A stretch of 64,000 nucleotides of DNA from Octopus vulgaris (Eukaryota): the NCBI GenBank assembly GCA_951406725.2, contig OX597833.1, positions 60,760,001-60,824,000 on the forward strand. The letters run 5' to 3'. Below are positions 52,001 through 62,720 of this stretch, piece by piece (the stretch's first letter is position 1; each line of letters opens with the position of its first letter). The notes below the pieces were generated by a model. That model worked only from the letters and a program-made list of their open reading frames with translations. It was not told the DNA's origin and did no database searches. Position numbers and translations under genes: made by a program.

Positions 52001-52644
52001 AGAGAGGTGGAGTGTATGTGTGTGTGTGTTTGTGCAAAAGGCAACCATGTCAACAAATGTATTTTAATGTTTTTCTAGATCAACTCCTGACCCAAGTCAC
52101 ATCAATCGATCGACAAATTGGTCTCCACGACATGAGAATTGAAGAAATGAATTCCAAGTTGACTTCAGTGACACATCCAAATTACGACGCTGAAGTCCTC
52201 ATGAAAATTAGCAACTATTCCCGATGGAAATCAGCACTGAAAACATCAAAGACCTCTTTCATATATAGTGAGCCATTTTATAGTAGTAAGTATGGTTATA
52301 AAATGTGTGCCAAAGTCTATCTAAATGGTGATGGAATAGGGAAAGGAACACATCTATCTTTTTATTTCACAATAATGAAAGGAGAATACGACAACATCCT
52401 TACATGGCCTTTCAAGCACAAAGTTACGCTTACTGTACTTGATCAATTTGGTGGAGATAAAAATTATAGTGACAGATTCCTACCTGATCCAAACAGCAAA
52501 AGCTTTCATAAACCATCAAGTGACTATAACATAGCAACTGGTTGTCCTGACTTTATTCCACAGACAGAAGTTGAGTCTTATCCCTTCATGAAAGATGACA
52601 CTATTTTCCTAAAGGCCTCCGTCGACACGACTAATCTTCGCTAG
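29508..52644 (+). CDS. TRAF3: TNF receptor-associated factor, TRAF3-like (TRAF2/3/5 clade); 8 coding exons, 1617 nt, 538 aa
   Basis: join(29508..29720,31415..31519,34840..35010,45894..45965,47159..47233,48770..48889,50557..50851,52079..52644). All introns are GT-AG with compatible phases, and the domain order is RING, zinc fingers, coiled coil, MATH. Exact orthology is not established. Confidence 0.9.
31415..31519 (+). CDS. TRAF3: TRAF coding exon 2: zinc finger 1 start
   Basis: TTTTCAG|[35 protein letters not shown]|GTAAGT, phase 0/0. Confidence 0.9.
31630..32038 (-). mobile_element. SINE family A, full length
   Basis: Reverse complement of 28783-29160. Confidence 0.85.
32620..34330 (-). 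pseudogene. Highly decayed RTE-like LINE pieces interleaved with SINEs
   Basis: [32 protein letters not shown]-proximal motif at ~32630-32730; the remainder is degenerate. Confidence 0.5.
34372..34745. repeat. 31-bp minisatellite
   Basis: Unit ACACACCTGTTGCCATGTTACAGCAATAAAG, about 12 copies, with a homogeneous centre. Confidence 0.95.
34840..35010 (+). CDS. TRAF3: TRAF coding exon 3: zinc fingers (absent from the ORF track)
   Basis: TTTTTTAG|[57 protein letters not shown]|GTCAGT. Completes the finger from exon 2 and joins SHAEEC of exon 4. Confidence 0.9.
35388..36113. repeat. 30-bp minisatellite
   Basis: Unit TCTAACACTACCAGCTGACCTGTCGCTTGG, about 24 copies. Confidence 0.95.
37600..38540 (+). 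mobile_element. Possible older Helitron-like element
   Basis: A|TCTATTATAGAAATG start; GC-rich subterminal segment followed by CTAG. Confidence 0.4.
41300..42880 (+). pseudogene. Decayed DDE transposase-like gene of uncertain superfamily
   Basis: A long purine-rich protein-like tract broken by stops and frameshifts: basic coiled-coil-like N-terminus, [23 protein letters not shown]...[10 protein letters not shown] (decayed D...CxxH-like), [22 protein letters not shown]. Assignment is from motif memory only. Confidence 0.5.
45894..45965 (+). CDS. TRAF3: TRAF coding exon 4
   Basis: TTGCAG|[24 protein letters not shown]|GTAGGG. Confidence 0.9.
47159..47233 (+). CDS. TRAF3: TRAF coding exon 5
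   Basis: TTGCAG|[25 protein letters not shown]|GTAAGT. Confidence 0.92.
47468..47723. mobile_element. hAT/Charlie-like MITE
   Basis: TIRs CAGTGGTTC / GAACCACTG; imperfect 8-bp flanks GTCTAAAT/GTTTAGAA. Confidence 0.7.
48770..48889 (+). CDS. TRAF3: TRAF coding exon 6: last zinc finger, start of coiled coil
   Basis: TTTTCAG|[40 protein letters not shown]|GTTCAT. The donor is weak, and an alternative in-phase GT lies at 48902. Confidence 0.8.
49144..49366. repeat. (CT)n/(CTCA)n microsatellite
   Basis: Directly visible. Confidence 0.97.
49520..50022 (-). pseudogene. RTE-like LINE 3' fragment (third family)
   Basis: [43 protein letters not shown]...FAGHC and DREVWRSMV. Confidence 0.85.
50557..50851 (+). 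CDS. TRAF3: TRAF coding exon 7: coiled coil
   Basis: TTTTCAG|[15 protein letters not shown]...NLSTLI-G|GTGAGT (phase 1), heptad-like. Confidence 0.88.
51385..51980. repeat. 71-bp G-rich minisatellite
   Basis: Unit CAACTGGGTTCAGGGCAGAAGCTAGCAAAGAGGGTGGGGGACAGCTGGGTTCAGTGGGGCAGAAGCAGGTA, about 8 copies. Confidence 0.95.
52079..52644 (+). CDS. TRAF3: TRAF coding exon 8: TRAF-N end plus MATH/TRAF-C domain
   Basis: TTTTCTAG| phase 1; [64 protein letters not shown]; stop TAG. Confidence 0.97.
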
Positions 52645-53844
52645 CAAACGGCTTCGACATCTTGCTAGACAGACAAACGAAGTTCTTTATTGTTCGGAGT
52701 GCAGCAAAGAGAAAAAAAAAAAACAGAAAAAAATCCTTTGATAGCAAGCAAGCAAAACGAATGTCTCTCTTAACGAGACCGCTATTCTTCACTGCTTTCG
52801 GTTTATTTATTTTTTTTTTTCCTCCTAAAATTTTTTTTTTTTTGGTTTGTTTTTCAACTATCACATGTTATTTAACTGAAACTACTCGTAATAATATATT
52901 TTGCCGTATTACTATACAAAACTAATTAAAATACCTCCATAATTACGTCATCAACTAATTAATTAAAATCCCACCGCCCCCACCCCTCTAATCTCTAACA
53001 CTGGGACATTCACAGCTTCTGGAATAAAACCTTAACACTTTTTTCTTTGTTACTAATATTCCTTAATATATTTAATATTCATAATGTATATATGATTAAT
53101 ATAGTGTGTGCATCTATATATATAATAATATATATGTATTATATATCTATATATATATAATATTCCACTATCATATCTACTAATTCTATATTAACATAGC
53201 CACTGATTATCAAAATCAACTTAATCGAACCATTTGAACTCTATTGCAATGCTATTAATGTTTTTGTAATTCTCCTTTTGTGTAGCACACACACACATAG
53301 ATGCACACACACACATAGATGCACACACACACACACACACACACACACCACATAAATACATTCTGCACACATCCGGTTTCCCATTTTCTGCTAAACCCTT
53401 TTCCATTCGTGCTGCTGCTGCTGTTGTTGTTAAGCAACAAGATGGGTAAAGGTGATTAGGTGATGGTCTAGGGCTTAGGGACAGAAGACCCCCCAGACCT
53501 TGGAAAAGGGGAAAAAAATAATAACTTTGGTCGTCTTGTTGTAGTCGAGGGCTCTTCGTTGAAGCCCGACACCACTGGGAGGTGGCCCTTGAAGTCGCTG
53601 GAAATGGAGATCTCCAGGTCCGAATTCTTAAACGGCTGCTGCTGCTCTGTGATGATAAATAATCTCCAACTCTTGTCGCAGGACTCCCCAGAATGACTAA
53701 TGGACAACACCTGCTATTAGTAAGTTCAACGTGGAGTCGAGTGCGTTTATGTCTGTTTTGAGTTGTTTTGTGAGAAATTGAAGTCGAACGACATGGATAT
53801 GCACTTGTGGTGATCGTGATATTAATTGATATTAATTTAGGTCG

Positions 53845-53989
53845 AATAAAATAATTACGATGACATCCCTCTGAAGTGAATGCAAAAAGAAAAAGAAAAA
53901 AACTTTTTATTTTTTTATTTTAATATTTATTTTCAAGTTTATTACATTAAGTAATTACATGAAAGTAATTACATGAAAGATTGAATAAA
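53845..53989 (+). terminator. Candidate polyadenylation signals of the TRAF gene
   Basis: AATAAA at 53845 and 53984 (also 53023), at the end of the transposon-free block after the stop. Confidence 0.4.
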
Positions 53990-54848
53990 TGTGTGAGTGC
54001 TAATTAATTGATGAAGGAACCAGTTAATATTCAACAGGGTGGGTGTAGACGTGGTAGTGTGACCAAAACTTTATTTTGTTACCACATAGTTTTGAGTTTG
54101 AACCTAGCCAAAGGCTTGACTGCACCAATGACTTGTGATGGAAATTTGAAGGACACAAGTTGAGGAATTTTGTGTGTATGTCTGTATATTGGTAAAAAAA
54201 AAAAATCACCAACAGATCAGTGGATCTTTAAAAAATGTCCTTTGTTATTTCACTTGATTTGCAAAAACCCCACTCCCTTTAACTACTGAAACCAATAACC
54301 CTAGACTGGCTTTGATTACAACTGCATGATAGAACAGAAACTAATGTTAATTAACAACATTAATTGCATAAATATGTATGAAATATGCTAACATTATTTA
54401 ATCTATCTTTTATTGTTTACTTGATGATGATGATGTTTCAATTATTGGACTACGGCCGTGCTTGAGGAGCACCTCAAAGGGTCTTTGTTGAAAGAAATTG
54501 ACCCCTGTACTTATTCTATTACTTATGCCAAACTACTAGGTTTTATGGGGACATAAACAAACCCAGACTGGTTGTAAAGTCGTGCTGGGGGACAAACACA
54601 GATATACACATATGCTAATATACATATATTTCAGTTTCCTTCTACCAAATCCATTCCCAAGATACCATGCTGGGGTACTGAACACAATGATATGGCTAGG
54701 AAGCAAGCTCCCTACATAGCCATGCCTGCTTAAATTCTGTCTTACTGGGATCAACTGAGAGTAAAAGCCCTGCAAGTGGTGGATTTCAATGGTCATGTAG
54801 GGAATATTTCCCAATAAACCAAAATTTAAAATATAATAGATAATCAAT

Positions 54849-55195
54849 ATCACTTAATATTTACTGTTATGAAAGTACACTATAATTAAGAAGAATGAAC
54901 AAAATTTAAAAATATATCATTCACCCACAGAAGTGGATGAATATGTTCTTAAGGTCAACGGAACGTTTTACTGGAGTTTGAAAGGTACTGGGTTCAATTC
55001 TATACAGTGATCTTTGATTCAACCATTTCAAAATTGTTAAATCACTTAATATTTACTGTTATGAAAGTACACTGGAATTAAGAAGAATGAACAAAATTTA
55101 AAAATATATCATTCACCCACGGCAGTGGGTGAATATGTTCTTAAGGTCAACAGAACGTTTTGCTGGAGTTTGAGAGGTACAGGGTTCAATTCTAT
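54849..55195. repeat. Local direct duplication (period 192 bp)
   Basis: 54849-55003 and 55041-55195 are highly similar. Confidence 0.9.
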
Positions 55196-55259
55196 AGTGA
55201 CCTGCTATCCACTTTCTATTTCATTTTCTAAGGGTATTTAACTGATCTAAGATGTTTTT

Positions 55260-56435
55260 ACTGCTGGGAGCTCTGCTCTGCTGATGAGCTTGTTCTCATA
55301 GCCAAATCACTTTCAGAACTAGAGAAGAAATTTCAGGCATGGGAGCAAGTTCTGGAACCGAAGGGCCTTAGAGTTAATCAAGCAAAAATTGAAGTCTTAG
55401 TGAGTAGGAAAGTGGACAAATCACAAACAACCTCAGGTAGATGGCCCTATTTAATCTGTTGAAAAGGTGTAGATAGAAACTCCATAAGATGTACCCGGTA
55501 TAAGCTTTTGTGTGTGGTAGATGCACAGGTGCAATAAACACCTCAAATGTACAGAAATTAGACTCCAGTGGGGGTAAGCTAGAGGTAGTTGGTAGCTTCC
55601 AGAGGTGGATTCTCCAAGAGTGTAGCTGCAAGAATAAGAATAGGATGGACAAAGTTTAGAGAGCGCCTACCTCTGTTGGTAACAAAGGGCCTCTCCCTCA
55701 GAGTGAAAGGCAGACTGTATGATGCTTGTATGCGAACAGCTATGCTACATGGCAGTGAAACATGGGCGGAGACCAACGAGGACATGCATAGGCTTGAAAA
55801 AAAAAATGAAGCTAGTATGTGTAGTGTCAGCGTACATGTATGACTAAGTGTAAGCATTTCGAGAGGAAAGATGGGAATAAGAGGCACCAGATGTGGTGTG
55901 CAAGAGAGACGACTGCATTGGTATGGTCATGTGATGCGCTTGGATGAGGACAGCTGTGTAAAGAAGTGCTGGTCTCTGGAGGTTAACTTGTGGACGAGGT
56001 GGACCCAGGAAAACATGGGACGAGGTGGTGAAGCATGATTTTCGAACGTTGGGCCTTACAGAAGTGATGACAAACGACTGAGAACTCGGGCAATAAGCTG
56101 TGCGTGAGAAGACTCGTCAGGCCGAGTGAAGTCATAGTCATGATCGCTGCTGGGGCCTTGTAAAAGGCACCTGTGAATCATCGTGGTCAATGCTGGGCAC
56201 CTGTGCTTCATAGTTGTGGTCGTCTATGGTGCTATGCGTATTGGCACCTGGGAATCGTGGTTGTTGGTGGTGCCATGCAAATGGCACCCATAGTTCATAG
56301 TGATGGTTGCCATTAGGAAGGGCATCCAGCTACAGAAACCATGCCAGATCAGACTGGAACATGGTGCAGTTCACTGATTCATCAGCTCCAGTCAAACCAT
56401 TTAACCCATGGGGAGCGGACATTAAATGATGATGA
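55260..56435 (+). pseudogene. RTE LINE 3' part with (GAT)n tail
   Basis: ADELVLIA-like RT motif, RIRIGWTKFRERLPLL..MLHGSETW, GPRKTWDEVV, then a degenerate family E tail. Confidence 0.85.
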
Positions 56436-56645
56436 TTTGAACACATATTGAACTGTTCATTAAAACAAATATTTTGAAAAAAAAAAATCCTGTCTAAAAA
56501 TATCAAACATAAAAATAGTTACAATTTTTGCGATTTTATATTAATTTTTATTACTCTGTTTATGTATCAAAATATGTAATGCTAAAAACATTAAAATTTA
56601 AAATTTCACTAATTAAAAAACTAAGTAGTTATTTATCTAATTAAA

Positions 56646-57462
56646 ATGGATGAAGATAGGTGTGTGAGAAAGTGCCAATCCCTAGCAGTTGAGGGAACCC
56701 GTGGAAGAGGTAGACCCAGGAAAACCTGGGACGAGGTGGTGAAGCACGACCTTCGGACGTTAGGTCTCACCATGGAAATGACTAGAGACCGAGACCTATG
56801 GAAGTATGCTGTGCGTGAGAAGACCCGGCAAGACTAGTGAAGCCATAATCCGTGGCCCCTACCTGGGACGTAGTCAGTCCACCTGTGCATACCTTCCTTC
56901 TTGTGACACTTGTGAAGACCTGTTGAGGCAAGTGAGAATCGAATCGTATCGAATCAAATCGAACCAAATCAAAATAGATGAACATCAATGGAATTTGTAT
57001 CCTTGTGGTACCAGTGCCGGTGGCACATAAGAAAACCATCCGAACGTGACCGTAGCCAGTACCGCAATGACTGGCCTCCGTGCTGAGGGCACGTAACAAA
57101 CACCATCCGAGCGTGGCCGTCCGCCAGCCTCGTCTGGCACCTGTGTCGGTGACACATAAGAAAACACCATCCGAGCGTGGCCGTCTGCCAGCCTCGTCTG
57201 GCACCTGTGTCGGTGGCACATAAAAAACACCATCCGAGCGTGGCCGTCTGCCAGCCTCGTCTGGCACCTGTGTCGGTGGCACATAAAATCACCCACTACA
57301 CTCTCGGAGTGGTTGGCGTTAGGAAGGGCATCCAGCTGTAGAAACACTGCCAGATCTGACTGGCCTGGTGCAGCCTTCGGGCTTCCCAGACCCCAGTTGA
57401 ACCGTCCAACCCATGCTAGCATGGAAAGCGGACGTTAAACGATGATGATGATGATGATGATG
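56646..57462 (+). mobile_element. 5'-truncated RTE LINE: ORF end plus 3'UTR with tandem structured units and (GAT)n
   Basis: EGTRGRGRPRKTWDEVVKHDLRTLGLTMEMTRDRDLWKYAVREKTRQD* is contiguous with the family E tail. Confidence 0.88.
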
Positions 57463-57809
57463 AAAATATAGCAGTATTTTATAACGATTGTTCAAAAATA
57501 AATCCTTTGTTATTTTTAGGTACAAACAAAATTTCTAAGTTTGAGCAAAATCTGTATTTAAAATATATTTACAATAATATCATGTTTGCAATTATAAAGG
57601 TAAATATTATAATAATAGAAGTGTTGCCTGCAAAAAAGTTGACTACAATGAAAATTGTAGGGGCAGAATCCTAGAATATTCTTATGTATGAACCTGGGTA
57701 GGTTGATTCCACCAACCACAGTGCTCAACTAGTACTTACGAGGGAATACTGCTAAGTTCCTGGTTTTGGCTAAAAGAAATTACAGGAAGATCTGTTAATT
57801 GTCATTTTA

Positions 57810-58797
57810 TTCTTTTACTTGTTTCAGTCATTTGACTGTGGCCATGCTGGAGCACCGCCTTTAGTCGAGCAAATCGACCCCAGGACTTATTCTTTGTAAG
57901 CCTAGTACTTATTCTATCGGCCTCTTTTGCCGAACCGTTAAGTTATGGGCACACCAGCATCGGTTGTCAAGCGATGTTGGGGGACAAATACAGACACACA
58001 AGCATATACACACATACATGTGTGTGTATATATATATATATATATAGCGTTGGGCCTCACTGAGGCAATGGCGAAGGACCGAGATCTCTAGAGATGTGCT
58101 GCAAAGACCCAGGATGCTTCCGGCACCAGTTCTGCATAGCCCCTGCCCATTCAGAGTACCTTGGGTCCCAGAACATCTCGTTGTGCTTGAGGAGACCTGT
58201 TGAGTCAAGTGCATGTACATGAACATCGAAACAAATATCAATGGAAATAGTAGTTGTGATACCTGTGCCGGTGGCACATAAAAAGCACCATCCAAACGTG
58301 GCCGTTGCCAGCGCCGCCTCGACTGGCTTCTGTGCCGGTGGCACATAAAAAGCTCCATCCAAATGTGGCCGATGCCAGCGCCACCTTGGCTGGCACGTTA
58401 AAAGCACCAACCAATCGTGGCCGATGCCAGACCCCCCGTGACACCTGTGCAGGTGGCACGTAAAAAGCACCCACTACACTCGCGGATTGGTTGGCGTTAG
58501 GAAGGGCATCCAGCTGTAGAAACACTGCCAGATCAGACTGGAGCCTGGTGCAGCCCCAGTCGAACCGTCCAACTCGTGCTAGCGCAGAAAACGGACGTTT
58601 AACGATGATGATGATATATATATATATATATATACAATGGGCTTCTTTCAGTTTCCGTCTACCAAGTCCAATCACAAGGCTTTGGTCGGCCCAAGGCTAT
58701 AGTAGAAGACACTTGCCCAAGGTGCCACGCAGTTGGACTGAACCCGGAACCATGTGGCTGGTAAGCAAGCTACTTACCACACAGCCATTCCTGCGCT
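57810..58797 (-). mobile_element. SINE A split by an RTE 3' insertion (58047-58613, +) in its internal (TA)n
   Basis: The SINE halves 57810-58045 and 58635-58797 flank the insertion, with (TA)n on both sides. Confidence 0.8.
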
Positions 58798-59311
58798 ATT
58801 GAACACATTCCTCTCACTGATTCACACACTTATTGCAGTGGTCCTTCCGTTTTTCTAAGTCCTGTAAAAGAACTTGGAAGGTCGGGCCAACAAACAGGCC
58901 TTTCGTTGATACCCTTAAAACCTGGAACTTTTCAGCATCCCCTTGTATTTTATTGAACTTAAAACAGATGAAAAACAATGTTGAACTCAGAATGTGAAGA
59001 CAGGTGATATGCTGCTAAGCATTTTACCTGGTGTGCTACTGGTTCTGCCATATCCAACCTTCAATATTGAATTCTAACAAGCAGAAAGCCACGTTTTAAG
59101 GGAAGAAGAGTATAAGTTGAATACATCAACCCCCTAATACTTGAATGGTACCTACTTTATCATCACCACCTCAAACCTGTAAGGATGAGGGGTAAAGTTG
59201 GCCTTGGTGGAATCAGAACTCAAAAGCTAAGTAGCTGAATACCACATGGCATTTGGTACAGTGCTCTGCCAGTTCACCACCGTCCTCGTCTTCTTTCTCC
59301 ATTAATATTCT

Positions 59312-59668
59312 GGAAGCACTCCGTCGAGGGTTTCGGTTGATCCGATCAACGGAACAGCCTGCTCGTGAAATTAACGTGTAAGTGACTGAGCACTCCACAG
59401 ACACATGTACCCTTAACGCAGTTCTCGGGGATATTCAGCGTGACACAGAGAGTGACATGGCCGGCCCTTTGATATACAGGTACAACAGAAACAGGAAGTA
59501 AGAGTGAGAGAAAGTTGTGGTGAAAGAGTACAGCAGGGATCACCACCATCCCCTGCCGGAGCCTCGTGGAGCTTTTAGGTGTTTTCGCTCAATAAACACT
59601 CACAACGCCCGGTCTGGGAATTGAAACCTCGAGTCCGCTGCCCTAACCACTGGGCCATTGCGCCTCCA
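59312..59668 (-). mobile_element. tRNA-derived SINE, head C plus tail 3
   Basis: Head as at 1526; tail as at 13205-13388. Confidence 0.75.
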
Positions 59669-60701
59669 TTCATTAATATTAAAACACTAAATACTAATCA
59701 AAGAGAGAAGGTTAAATCAGTCTAACCTCAACTAACAACAGTGGGCTGTCAATCATATTAAAATTGAATTCGTGTGGTGCTGTTGGATGTTGTGACCACT
59801 CTTTGAATGTGGGAGTTTATCCTTGACTAGCACTATGACCTGGTATGCATATACAGCTGCGTGCATGCGCACATACACGCAAGTGCTATCCGAATCTCCG
59901 ACCAATCACATAAAGCTAGCTGGCATTCAATTGGCGTATCAAGTTTTGGGCATTTTGATTGGGTTTTGGATAGAAAATTCACAAAAAAGTCACTTCTATT
60001 GATTTTTTTAATGGCTTTGCGGGGTGACTAGGGAAATGTAAAGATGTGCACAACCACCCTTGTACGGTTTTGAATAACCATAGAAAGTGCGAGCCCTCTA
60101 ACTGAAAAATTGTGGATTTGTATAAAGAACACACACACAGACATTTTGCCATTTATATATATAGAGATTACTTAATGGGACCAAATCCAACCAACCATGA
60201 AAATATCTGTCTTTCCTGGAACCCATTGAAATGGTGGTCCAAAAGAAAGTTCGTTGAAGAATATGACATAAAGGTACGAGTCCCTTTCTCTCTCTGGTCG
60301 CTACCTTCATTCAAACAATGTGGACTACTAACCCCATAAGACCTGCTAAAAATAAAGCAAACCACTCAGTAATGTTTGTTTTCTGCTACTTTTGTCTTTT
60401 GTTCCACTCGAAGGGTTCGTGTTAAATGTTTATTTCGAATACTTCTGTAAGATATTTCATTTATTAATGAGTTCTTCGGTTAACGAGAGATCAAGATTGG
60501 AGCCTGGTGCAGCCATCTGGTTTGCCAGTCCTCAGTCAAATCGTCCAACCCATGCTAGCACGGGAAGCGGACGTTAAACGATGACGATTACAGAGATGAC
60601 AAATGGAATCAACTTCCAGTTTGCAGCAAAGTTACATGATTTTGTGCTTCAAACCAACATGGAATAATGGGACAGTTGATCTTAATTTAATGATTTCTTA
60701 A

Positions 60702-60930
60702 TTAACCCTTTCGTTACTGTCTTTATTTTGAGATGCTCTGTGTTTCTTTCAATTAATTTTAAATATAACAAAGAATTTAGTAAAACAACTTAGTTATCAT
60801 TCAACTAGTGTTAGGAACATAAATTGTGACTAAGGTTTGGTGGAAGATTTTAATTCAAAACTTATGAAAACAAGACATTTGTACACAGAACCAGAGCCGA
60901 TTTCAGCCGGGTTGGTAACGAAAGGGTTAA
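60702..60930. mobile_element. piggyBac-type MITE family 1, monomer
   Basis: TTAA-CCCTTTCGTTAC...GTAACGAAAGGG-TTAA, perfect 12-bp TIR. Confidence 0.9.
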
Positions 60931-60984
60931 AATAAAGAGAATAAAAGTACAAAACACTGTGCAACGGAGCTATTCAAAGTATAT

Positions 60985-60990
60985 TTTATT
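60985..60990 (-). terminator. Polyadenylation signal of MRPL46
   Basis: AATAAA on the - strand about 43 nt after the TGA. Confidence 0.55.
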
Positions 60991-61032
60991 TTATAAACGA
61001 GAGCAAAGCTTTATCATATAAATAATTTGTTT

Positions 61033-61185
61033 TCATAAATCTACAATAAATTGATCAATGGCTTTGAAATATTCTGAGGGTGTTTTGTCTGCTATTTCTT
61101 GTTTGGTTAACCAAGAAAAATCTATCAAATCTTCGGATTTACTTGATACGTTTCCAGTTCGGTGGTGAGCTTTGAAAAAAAAGAC
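61033..61185 (-). CDS. MRPL46: Mitochondrial ribosomal protein mL46, last coding exon (no other exon recognised in the window)
   Basis: Polypyrimidine-TTTCAG|VFFFKAHHRTGNVSSKSEDLIDFSWLTKQEIADKTPSEYFKAIDQFIVDL* resembles the recalled MRPL46 C-terminus (VFFFKA...WVTKDEL...Y...V..F..DL). Confidence 0.85.
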   Translation of the reverse strand, partial: VFFFKAHHRTGNVSSKSEDLIDFSWLTKQEIADKTPSEYFKAIDQFIVDL

Positions 61186-61249
61186 CTGAAAGAGAGAGCA
61201 GAGAATAAAACTCATTTACATCATCTCGTTAAATATTTCTCTTGTCAAT

Positions 61250-62106
61250 ATGGATAATTCTGTCCGGAATCGAAATTGAACCAATCCTATGACTGGCACC
61301 CGGCAGATGCCAGGACCCCTGGACTGGAGATACGTAAAAAGCACCATCCGAATCATGGCCGATGCCAGCGCCGCCTCGACTGGCTTCCGTGTCGGTGACA
61401 CGTAAAAAGCACCATCCGAATCGTGGCCGAAGCCAGTGCCGCCTCGACTGGCTTCCGTGTCGGTGGCACGTAAAATGCACCATCCGAATCGTGGCCGAAG
61501 CCAGTGCCGCCTCGACTGGCTTCCGTGTCGGTGACACGTAAAAAGCACCATCCGAATCGTGGCCGAAGCCAGTGCCGCCTCGACTGGCTTCCGTGTCGGT
61601 GACACGTAAAAAGCACCATCCGAATCGTGGCCGAAGCCAGTGCCGCCTCGACTGGCTTCCGTGTCGGTGACACGTAAAAAGCACCATCCGAATCGTGGCC
61701 GAAGCCAGTGCCGCCTCGACTGGCTTCCGTGCAGGTGGCACGTAAAGCACCATCCAAATCGTGGCCGAAGCCAGTGCCGCTCGACTGGCTTCCGTGCAGG
61801 TGGCACGTAAAAGCACCATCCGAATCGTGGCCGAAGCCAGTGCCGCCTCGACTGGCTTCCGTGCAGGTGGCACGTAAAAAGCACCATCCGAATCGTGGCC
61901 GAAGCCAGCCTCGCCTGGCACCAGTGCAGGTGGCACATAAAAAGCACCCACTACACTCACGGAGTGGTTGGCGTTAGGAAGGGCATCCAGCTGTAGAAAC
62001 ATTGCCAGATAAGACCAGAGCCTGGTGCAGCCTTCTGGCTTCCCAGATCCCCGGTCGAACCGTCCAACCCATGCTAGCATGGAGAACGGACGTTAAACGA
62101 TGATGA
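61250..62106 (+). mobile_element. RTE 3'-tail element with nine ~68-bp tandem units
   Basis: GCACC recurs at 61341, 61409, 61477, 61545, 61613, 61681, 61747, 61813, 61881 and 61944, followed by the family E end and (GAT)n. Confidence 0.9.
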
Positions 62107-62339
62107 TAACTCTAGGCACAAGGCCTGAAATTGCTTCATTCCGTTCCTCAGAACTTTTATTTTCTTCTTTGGTAATAGCAAATCATACTTTTGCTTATTC
62201 TTTTACTAGTTTCAGTCATTTGACTGTGGCCATGCTGGAGCACTGCCTCGATGTGTTTCAGTCAAACAAATCAACCTTAGGACTTATTTTTTAAGCCTAG
62301 TACTTATTCCATTGGTCTCTTTTGCTGAAATGTTACGTT

Positions 62340-62720
62340 GAGTGGCTGTGTGGTAAGTAGCTTGCTTACCAACCACATGGTTCCGGGTTCAAGTCCCACT
62401 GCATGGCACCTTGGGCAAGGGTCTTCTGCCATAGCCCCGGGCCGACCAAAGCCTTGTGAGCGGATTTGGTAGACGGAAACTGAAAGAAGCCCGTCGTATA
62501 TATGTATATATATGCGTGTGTGTGTCTGTGTTTGTCCCCCCTAGCATTGCTTGACAACTGATGCTGGTGTGTTTATGTCCCCGTAACTTAGCGGTTCGGA
62601 AAAAGAGACCAATAGAATAAGTACTGGGCTTACAAAAGAATAAGTCCTGGGGTCGAGTTGCTCAATTAAAGGCAGTGCTCCAGCATGGCTGCAGTCAAAT
62701 GACTGAAACAAGTTAAAGAG
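62340..62720 (+). mobile_element. SINE A inserted into an older oppositely oriented SINE A (62195-62945)
   Basis: The - strand halves at ~62195-62335 and ~62720-62945 flank a full + copy. Confidence 0.75.

Noticed and set aside
51368-52078. Overlapping ORFs and the 5' extension of the MATH ORF (MFEVYERGG...)
   Set aside because: They derive from the 71-bp repeat and intron; the real exon starts at the acceptor at 52079.
52642-52668. Stop readthrough at TAG-CAA (extension QTASTSC)
   Set aside because: The context matches only part of the CARYYA motif, and no conservation or editing evidence is available.
55281-55310. CTGATGAG as another hammerhead core
   Set aside because: It is part of the RTE ADELVLI codons, with no GAAA partner or stems.
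61216-62080. Long ORFs of 243 and 283 aa
   Set aside because: They are translations of the 68-bp tandem repeat, open in several frames, with repetitive peptides.
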